Of a stretch of 64,000 nucleotides of DNA, positions 55,558 through 64,000 are shown in pieces; within the stretch, counting starts at the first letter, position 1; the number at the start of each line of letters is the position of its first letter. The DNA is from Octopus bimaculoides (lineage: Eukaryota). The DNA lies in contig NC_068981.1 in the NCBI RefSeq assembly GCF_001194135.2, positions 186,754,117 to 186,818,116 on the forward strand, given 5' to 3'. The notes beneath the pieces were generated by a model that was given only the letters and a program-made list of their open reading frames with translations, was not told the DNA's origin and made no database searches. Position numbers and translations under genes: made by a program.

Positions 55558-56777
55558 TTAAAGCTAGATTTAGATCTTGTCAAAAATGACCGCTCACACA
55601 CACGACAAGAACAGTTGCACCGAGAAACCTGTGCCAAAGCAAAAAAGTAATTTTCCGAATGTAATACCGAAGCAGCTTGTCATCACGTACTTGACACCAC
55701 AAGTGATTCATCAATCACCGCCTTTCTTTTACTAACGTTCATTTTCTTACTTTGGTATTCTACCCTATATTTTTTTCGTTCTCTTGTATTTCTAATCTAT
55801 TGCATTTTGTTTTCTTTCTCTTCATATTTCCCATCTATTTTTGTGGACATGCTTTCTCGTTCTCAGCATTAAAAAAAAAAAACGATCATATTAGCATATC
55901 AACGGGTGTATTTAACAAACTTCTTTTTTAACTCAGTCCTCAACTTGATTTCCTCCAATGAGACTAATAGCATTATGAGCAGCTGTTGTGTGTGTGTGTG
56001 TACTTCAGTACTCAATGCCACAACATCAACCATGGAATACTGGACATTTTCGACAGCCTAACCAGTTTTCCATATCTCAGGTTGTTAGCAGAAACTCTTA
56101 AAAGTCTGATTATATAATTAACATTGTTCTTGAAAACATCAGGGTATTATTGAAATCACATTAAGATACTTCCATTGACAACTATTGCAACCGAGTATGT
56201 TTTGAAATAAATAAAAGTGGATGGATCTCCGTCGATTTCGACGATCAGAATTCGACTGTCCGATCGAATGAATTGCTTTGCTCATTGGTTTAGCGTTTAA
56301 GTGATGAATATCTAACATTGACGTGCGCCAGTAATCTAACATCGGGGTAGAGTCAACGTGAAACAATGCATGCCAAGGTCTTACCTTTAAATTACAGGTA
56401 CGATAGGTCAGATGGAATTCCGGAGAGTTTTCGTTAACCCATTCCCCTGTCAATGCCTGGCACAGATAACATTTTAAGAATCCATTTATCCAGGATGTCA
56501 TGCCGCGGTATCGAACTCCGAGCCTCGTGACTGCAAAGCAAACCTCTGGACCATTTCACCATACTGCATCAACACCTTTCAGAACACAAAATTCTATCAT
56601 TTTTTTTCAGTCATTTGATTGCGGCCATGCTGGAGCACCTCCTTTTAGTCGAACAAATATCTACCCCAGGACTTATTCTTTGTAAGCCTACAACTTATTC
56701 TATCGGTTATGGGGACGTAAACACACCAACGTTGGTTGTCAAGCGATGGTGGGGGACAAACACAGACACAAACATAT

Positions 56778-56831
<54 letters not shown>

Positions 56832-58175
56832 GACGGGCTTCTTTCAGTTTTCGTTTACCAAATCCACTCACGAGGTTTTGGTCAGCCCAAGGCTATAGTA
56901 GAAGGCACTTGCGCAATGTACCACGCAGTGGGATTGAACCCGGAACCATGTGGTTGAGAAACACAGCCAAGCCTACGCCTTTATTAATTTCTTCAAATTC
57001 TATTAATCATTTTATTATTTAGAAATAGAGAAATGGGTGGCGATCGGGTAGAATCGTGGTACGCTCGGATAAAACACCCAGCGACAGTTCTTCCCTTTCT
57101 GCATTCTAAGTTCAAGTTCCACCAAGGCTTGCTTCACTTTACTTCTCTCGATAAGTACCAGTTTAACACCGTAATTTCAATCTTTGTGCCGAGAGTAGAA
57201 AAGGATTAAGAATTAGAAGCCAATTATATTTATCATAATTAATAACATTCTTCAGTAACAATTTTGTTTTAATTAATTAGTATAAATCCCGCGTGACAAG
57301 TAGGAGTAATTACTTGGCTTATCTTAATCTGAAATATCTATCAGTGTGTTAATATCCCAAATGACTTTATACTTACAAAATCTGTCTGGGATAAAAGACA
57401 CACTCCGACAAATAGCCGCTAACAAAAGAGATTTTGAAATCAATACTAAAACTTCATGCATGCAAAACACGCACGCACGCACGCACGCACGCACGCACAG
57501 AGAATTGGCAAAACATTCTGGCCGTCAACGGATTGTTTGAAATCGTTCCAGCAGCTGTGTGTGTGTTTACCGGTAAATAGACAGGCAGACAGACAGATGG
57601 TTGTGTGTATGTGTGTACCGACAGATAAGTAGGTAGGTAGATAAACAGAGATAGAGAGAGAGATATATGTGTGTGTGCGCGCGCTCATATAGATAGATAG
57701 ATACATAGATAGGTAAAGAGACATCTCAAATAATTCATATTCTTTCTACCTAGAATTTATAAAATACAGCATTCAGCTTACATTAATGACATCATATTTC
57801 GTTACAGAGAACGACAATTGAGGTATTAACTGCTATAGATCCTCATAAAAGAGCTTGATTTTTATAACGAGAAGCGTTGCTTTCAATTATCCATAGAATT
57901 CTATATTACAATTAAAAAAACAATCATCTTATTTAGATAACCACTATAAAAATAATTTAGTTTTGATCAGCCCCACTTTAAAACGAATAATATACTTTAT
58001 CTCACTAGGGATTTTTTATCTCTGTATTATTCATGAAATGTTTATTTCTAGTTCTTTCATAACTATCTGAATTATTCGTATATTCATTCTGTACAGTAGT
58101 CTGTTCTGAAACTAATAAACACACACATTTATATATTTATATATAAACACACACACACATATGCATGCACATGTA

Positions 58176-58225
<50 letters not shown>

Positions 58226-59534
58226 TATATGATAAACAGTCAGGAGATATGAGAAATTAATATTTATTTAATCACCCGTTATCCTTAGGCTTACAGCTGT
58301 TTCACAACCTTCATCGTGTAATAGCAATTTCGGTGTTTTTATTCTTTTTCTTTTACTTGTTACAGTCATTTGACTGCGGCCATGCTGGAACACCGCCTTT
58401 TAGTCGAACATATCGAATCCAGGCCGTATTCATTTTATCTGGCTCTGTTTGCCGAACCGCTACGTTACGGGGTGATAAACGCACCAACATTGATTGTCAA
58501 GTGATGGGGTGGGGACAAACACAGACATACAAAAATTCACTCACAAAATTTTGGTCGTCTTGAGGCTATAGTAGAAGACATTTGCCCAAGGTGTCACGCA
58601 GTGGGACTGAACCCGGAACCATTTGGCTGGTAAGCAAGCTTCTTACCATACAGCCACACTTTGCGCTTGTGTAACAAATTATTTTACATGCCTTCACCAA
58701 TACGCATGCTAGGCATCCTACAATACATCTGTATAGTTACAAATCAGTCGAGATGAAGAAATCTAGCGCATCAGATCACTAGCACATCATGTTTGTTTTT
58801 TCTTTAAGGAGCACTCCGTCGGTTACGACGACGAGTGTTCCAGTTCATATGATCAACGGAACAGCTTGCTCATGAAATTAACGTGCAAGTGGCTGAGCAC
58901 TCCACAGACACGTGTACACTTAACGTAATTCTCTGGGAGATTCAGCGTGTCACAGAGTGTGACAAGGCTGGCCCTTCGAAATACAGGTGCTACTCATTTT
59001 TGCCAACTGAATGGACTGGAGCAATGTGAAATAAAGTGTCTTGCTCAAGGACACAACGCTTCGCCGGGAATTGAACTCACGATCTTACGACCGTGAGCCG
59101 AATGCCCTAACCACTAAGCCACGCGCTTTCACACCAATGTTTCAACTCTGCATTATACTCCTCCGTATCGGATTATTATGTAAACTATTATCCAGTTTCA
59201 CTAAGGAGCTTTCGGTGATAGTCACAATGATTCTAAGAATAGCTTTTCAACATCGCATTTGCTTAATGAATCATTTCTTTTCGCAGCAGAACGCTGTTCA
59301 TGCGATATTAGTGGTTTCATGCAAATATTAGAGCAATTATTCAATCGTAATTTGACTGATAGTGACACCTCTGTCATCTAATGCGTTTTTGTGTTGGAAC
59401 ATGTTTGTGTGTTTGTATGTATGTATGCGTGTGCGCCTATATTCGTGTTTGTGTGTGTACGCGTGTATGTGTGTTGCATTACAAGTTAAGGATACATATA
59501 TATATATATATANNNNNNNNNNNNNNNNNNNNNN

Positions 59535-59840
59535 NNNGTGGTTGTCTACTCCATATGCAGAGTTTGACCACCTCCTGCACCTACACCTTAGAATTATCGT
59601 GGCATCTGATGTGGTTTTTTAAACCTGACAATGTTTTGAAAAAGACACCCACATAGATTGCATTTCCGATTTGGACTACCAAGAGTTGCAGTTAAGTTCT
59701 GATCTTTGTAGATCTTAAAATGTCTTTTGAGCGCTCCGTTAGATTTGCAGACGTTCTGGCATATATTGCATTGAAAGGTGTGCACAGATATATAGGCAGA
59801 ATAGTTGGTGAAGGTTCGTTTTTCATGGGTTCGCAAATGA
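59535..59840 (-). mobile_element. LINE (probably RTE) 3' end carrying two C2H2 zinc-finger motifs
   Basis: CNICQNVCKSNGALKRHFKIY and CNLCGCLF(K)TLSGLKNHIRCH (one frameshift), followed by a short 3' UTR and a microsatellite/gap. Confidence 0.7.
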
Positions 59841-60049
59841 GATTTGAGCCCAGCAAAAGAAAGGCATGATTGCTGCGATATAAGTGTACATTTGTGGACG
59901 TGTGTCTGTAATGTATATGTGAATGTGTGTTTGTATCTACTGTGTGTTTATGAATGCGTGTGTCTGTGCACCTACACATGGAAGAAATAAAAGAAATTTA
60001 CCGGCTAACATTTTGTATCTTAAGTAATGCTAGAACGGAGGAACTGGAG

Positions 60050-61000
60050 GGATGGTCACCGTTTTCTTTAGCCATAAACGGCATGAGAGACCGAACATGC
60101 CTCCAGTCAGATCTGTTTGCTATTGTCCAACGGGCGGAAAAATATGCTTTTAAATGAAGATAAGTTTTATTTGATCCACTTTGGGAAAGAGGAAACTCTG
60201 AAATTACCATATGCTCTTCCCTTGGGCGACTCCCTAGTGTCATCCAACAAAACCAGAGATCTTAAAGTAATTGTTGATAACAATCTAAGCTGGAATCCCA
60301 CGTAAACAGCAAGGTTGACTTGTCCCGCAAGATGTGCTCCTGGATTCTGAGAACTTTCCGGTTTAGAGATGCCTACACCATCATCCTTCTCTACTCTACT
60401 TTTGCCGACCCCACCTTGAGTACTGTTGCCCACTGTGGTCGTCCCATATGAAGCAACTCCTTATGAAAGTAGAAGCACTCCAGAGGTCAATGACAAGAAA
60501 GAAAGATGGCATGAGAGGCATTGATTTTTGGGGTCGACTAAAAATACTCAGTCTCTACTCTCTCTATAACGCCGCCGAGATCGCTACATCATTTGTGTTA
60601 TGTGGAAAATATTCCATCAATATTGCACAAATGACGTTGGCATTAATTTTAAAATCCATCCGAGACTTGGCCTCCGTGCTATCCACTCACTACAAAAATT
60701 GAACTCAGTACACTTAGCAACATTACGTCACAATTACTTTACCTCAACCGGTCAGCTCTCTTTAATACTATACCAAAATACGTCAAAATGGAAATGGATC
60801 CCATAAAATTCAAATGTTCACTGGACAAATTTCTTCAAAAAATCCCAGACCAACCTCCTACACCCGGATATATCTCCAACAATAACTCTTTGCTAGAGTG
60901 GGCCACGGTGCCCCATATATGACTCATAGACTTCTCCAGGTTGTGCTATTGAGTTAGACATGGCCTGCGCTTATACTGGCCGAAACCTATCACAGTTAAG
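60050..61000 (+). mobile_element. CR1-clade LINE 3' end (RT C-terminus)
   Basis: LQSDL...MLLNEDKF...RDLKVIVDNNLSW...WILRTF...RPHLEYCCPLWS...VEALQRSMTRK...RLKILSLYSL.RRRDRY...LDKFLQKIPDQP, with frameshifts. Confidence 0.92.
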
Positions 61001-63066
61001 TGACATTGCGGTGGCTGATGTTCATGGCCCGATCAATGCCTCGTAAGTAAACGAGGTAGACAGAAACTGTGTAGAAGTTTATCTTGTGTGTGTGTGTGCG
61101 CGCGTGTTTTTGTGTCTTCGTGTTTGTCTCCCCCACCACCAACGCATGACAACCTGTATCGGGTTGGTTACGTCCTCATTACTCAGCAGTTTGTTGAGGA
61201 ACCGGTACAATAAGCACCAGATTTTAAAAATAAGTATTCGGGTTGATTTGCTCGACTAAACCTTTTTATTTCATTGACTAAGCCCTTCAAGGCTCTGCCC
61301 CAGCATGGCCGCATTCTAATGACTGAAACAAGCGAAAGATAAGGACATTTTTTGCCTTAAAATACAGAAATAAGGGCATTCATAAATCGTGGGATTTCCA
61401 TGGTTCTCTCTAATTATAACGATTAACATTTCTTTTAACACCTAAACACCCGTTGGGTGTCTCTTGTGTATGTATGGGGTACCTGGGAAAATATATTGTT
61501 TGTTTTGCACATTGGCGTTAAGTGGTATTTGGTGGGGAGTAGGAGAATTTAAAATAATTTTGGTAATGAATGTTTGGTAATGAATTTTTTTTCTATTCTT
61601 TTATTTCTAATTAGAAATATTGCTTGGCAACGTAGAAGTCATCGATTATCATGTTCTAATCACTAGAAAGGTCATCAATTAGAATGGTCTAATGATTAAT
61701 TCAATAGCATGATGCTTCTCCTTACATCTAACTTAATTAACCATGAATAAATAAAAGAAGTTAATTTCACCGGAAACCGAAACTCGTCTTAGCGGTTCTC
61801 TTTTACAGTAGTCACTCATCTTTCTATAGAAGCACATTTACTATGTTATTAGCGTGACAGACATACTACATATTGAGATTCGTGCTGTCAGGAAAAGAAG
61901 ACTGCAGAATAAGAATTTCATTCACTGCTCTATCATTATTAGCTATAAGAACTTTTAGTTCTATATGCAACAAATTCCTCTTCACGAATGTATTCCTGAC
62001 AGAATTCTTCCTCAGAACTGAAGAAGCTACACAATCCCCATTCACCAACACTTCACTCCATATTGTCTTTTATCAAACCTAAACACATACATTAATCATT
62101 TTCAATCCGTTTCGTTTACTCTGTTTAAATATATGTCTGTAGAACTTAGTTAAGTTCTGCCAAAACTTAATTACAGACATGTTATTCTTGTTGCTACTGC
62201 TGCTGCTTCCGCTGTTGTTGTTGTTGTTGTTAATGTTGGTGATGCTGGTGGTGCTGGTGCACTGGTGGTAATGGTGATGGTGGCAATAGTGGTATTGTTG
62301 ACCGACCTTAGATCAGCTTCTATCAAGAAGACCAGATCAACCTCTGATAATGCCATCAGTTTTATTTTTATCAGGCATTATGCTCCTAGGAGTACAATAC
62401 CAAATATATACGACCTTTTTAAGATGGTAGGAATATTTAGCTGCTATTTCTAGGAAATCGAGTGACGACTTGACGCTCTCTCAATGGCTCATCAACATAA
62501 CACATATGGGCTTAAATAATATTAGGTGATGCGTTAGGGCATGAACGAAAAGGCACAATCTCGTCTGCTTTGGAGAAAAATCTCTAGGAATTCAATATCC
62601 AAAATGTTCTTCCTTGTTTTAAGATGGTAGGATGAGATTTGAGAGAAAGTTGCTTGCTATTTTTAGCAGATTCAGTACAGACAATGAACTCCCTAAATGG
62701 TTTCATAAAAGTTCATGGGAAACTAAGCCTAAATCTAAACGCTAAACTTACACGATATTTAATGTAGATCAAATATATATATTATTGAAGATACAGTTCT
62801 TTAAACATACGAGTTGCATTAGAACCTAAATATTCTGCGTCAAACAAACGCAAGGAAATACAGAGAGAACAAATACGAAGAAAGACAAAAACAATGATCT
62901 ACATTGTGAAGTTAATGAAATACTCCATTAAGGAAAAGGAAAGCTATTGACGTTTCGGAAAGTGGTGCTTCGTCAGCGTAAATGGAATTCTGCAATGAAG
63001 AGAATTGAACTAGCTTTATAATGTTTATTAATTTATTAATATAAAGAGTACACAAGCCAGAAGCTA

Positions 63067-63270
63067 ACCCGAGGGCTACACCTCACTTACAGATCACAAC
63101 CATCTCACGTGAGAGAGCGCTTCGTGCTTCGATGGTTGTGAAAAAGTCCCACCGTTTCTTTAGTTTCCGCGGCAGTGAGATTACACAAAAGGTGAGGTAC
63201 AGACGGGAACAGGTGTAGTTCTCGGGTCACCATCGCGGCTACATCTTCAAATGGAGGTGGTGGGTTTTTT
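63067..63270 (+). ncRNA. Candidate Pol III-type structured ncRNA, family unassigned
   Basis: 17-bp closing stem 63067-63083/63211-63227 (15 Watson-Crick + 2 G-U); 10-bp perfect stem 63095-63104/63131-63140; 3' hairpin CATCTTC/GGAGGTG; TATAAA at 63040-63045; TTTTTT at 63265-63270. Confidence 0.5.
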
Positions 63271-63493
63271 CCATGTGGCTTTTATCTTTTATCCTTCACT
63301 TATTTCAGTCACCAGACGGCGACCATGCTGGGGCACCTCCTTAAAGGGTTTTAATGGAGCAAACCTAATTTTTGCTTTTAATCTGGTACTTGTTCTATCG
63401 GTCTCCTTTGCTGTTACGAGGACGTAAACAAACCAATACTGGTTATCAAGTGGTGGTAACGACAAACACCAACACACAAACACATATACGTAG

Positions 63494-63541
<48 letters not shown>

Positions 63542-63955
63542 TATATATTTATACCTTTATTCACATACGACGGACTTCCACTCAGTTTATGTTGACAATT
63601 CAGAAGGCGTTGGTCGGCCAGGATTATAAGAGCTTTTGTTGAAAACACTTGATTGACATGCTGCTTAATGGGACTGAACCCAAATCTACGTGATTGCAGA
63701 ACTTTTCTTAACCACACACCCATATCAGCAACATTACCAAAGCTCACGACTGCCTGGCGATGCACGTGAAGAAGGAAAAGAAGAGGAAAGCAAATTATGA
63801 TGCTAATCCACTCCGAATCGAAACATGGCATGTTTTTGTAAATATGTGTATTTCTGTGTTTGCCTGCGTATGCCTGTGTTTTAAGCATAGCCATAGCTTT
63901 AACCAAAAATATATTATTACATAAATACAGGGTGTGCGTGCGTGCGTGCGTGTGT

Positions 63956-64000
<45 letters not shown>

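Noticed and set aside
63064-63070. CTAACCC as a telomerase RNA template within the ncRNA candidate
   Set aside because: Only 7 nt (less than about 1.5 TTAGGG repeats), it overlaps the closing stem and predicted start, and no H/ACA domain is evident
63095-63230. HDV-like, twister or H/ACA assignment for the structured island
   Set aside because: GUCCCA and UAAC words are present but the required helix order and catalytic motifs are not; no valid H box after the hairpin

Overview
AT-rich, repeat-saturated eukaryotic scaffold with many N gaps (about 6 kb in total); not prokaryotic. The repeat landscape (tRNA-headed and CORE-like SINEs, RTE, CR1 and R4/Dong LINE relics, extreme (TA)n/(TG)n/(TC)n density) is what I associate with Octopus (coleoid cephalopod) DNA; this is an inference. 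I recognise no intact host protein-coding gene, and nearly all supplied ORFs are microsatellite, gap or SINE artefacts. Well supported: a full-length but frameshifted 2.2-kb Tigger/pogo transposon with TIRs and TA TSD (33476-35680); a decayed ~4-kb RTE LINE with nested insertions; four R4/Dong fragments; a CR1 3' end; five MITEs (hAT, Tc1/mariner, piggyBac-like); dozens of SINEs from at least three families; and a 29-bp minisatellite. The most interesting unexplained signal is a ~200-nt GC-rich island at 63067-63270. It folds on the + strand (a 17-bp closing stem whose only non-canonical pairs are G-U), lies ~27 nt downstream of a TATAAA and ends in T6, so it is a candidate Pol III structured ncRNA with some RNase MRP-like motifs. 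Weaker leads: a 179-bp 92%-identical inverted repeat 3.3 kb apart, SINE multimers fused at the same AGAA junction, a CpG/NRF1 promoter-like island, and a phase-compatible 3-exon 71-aa ORF. Repeat boundaries are approximate unless exact TIR/TSD positions are given.
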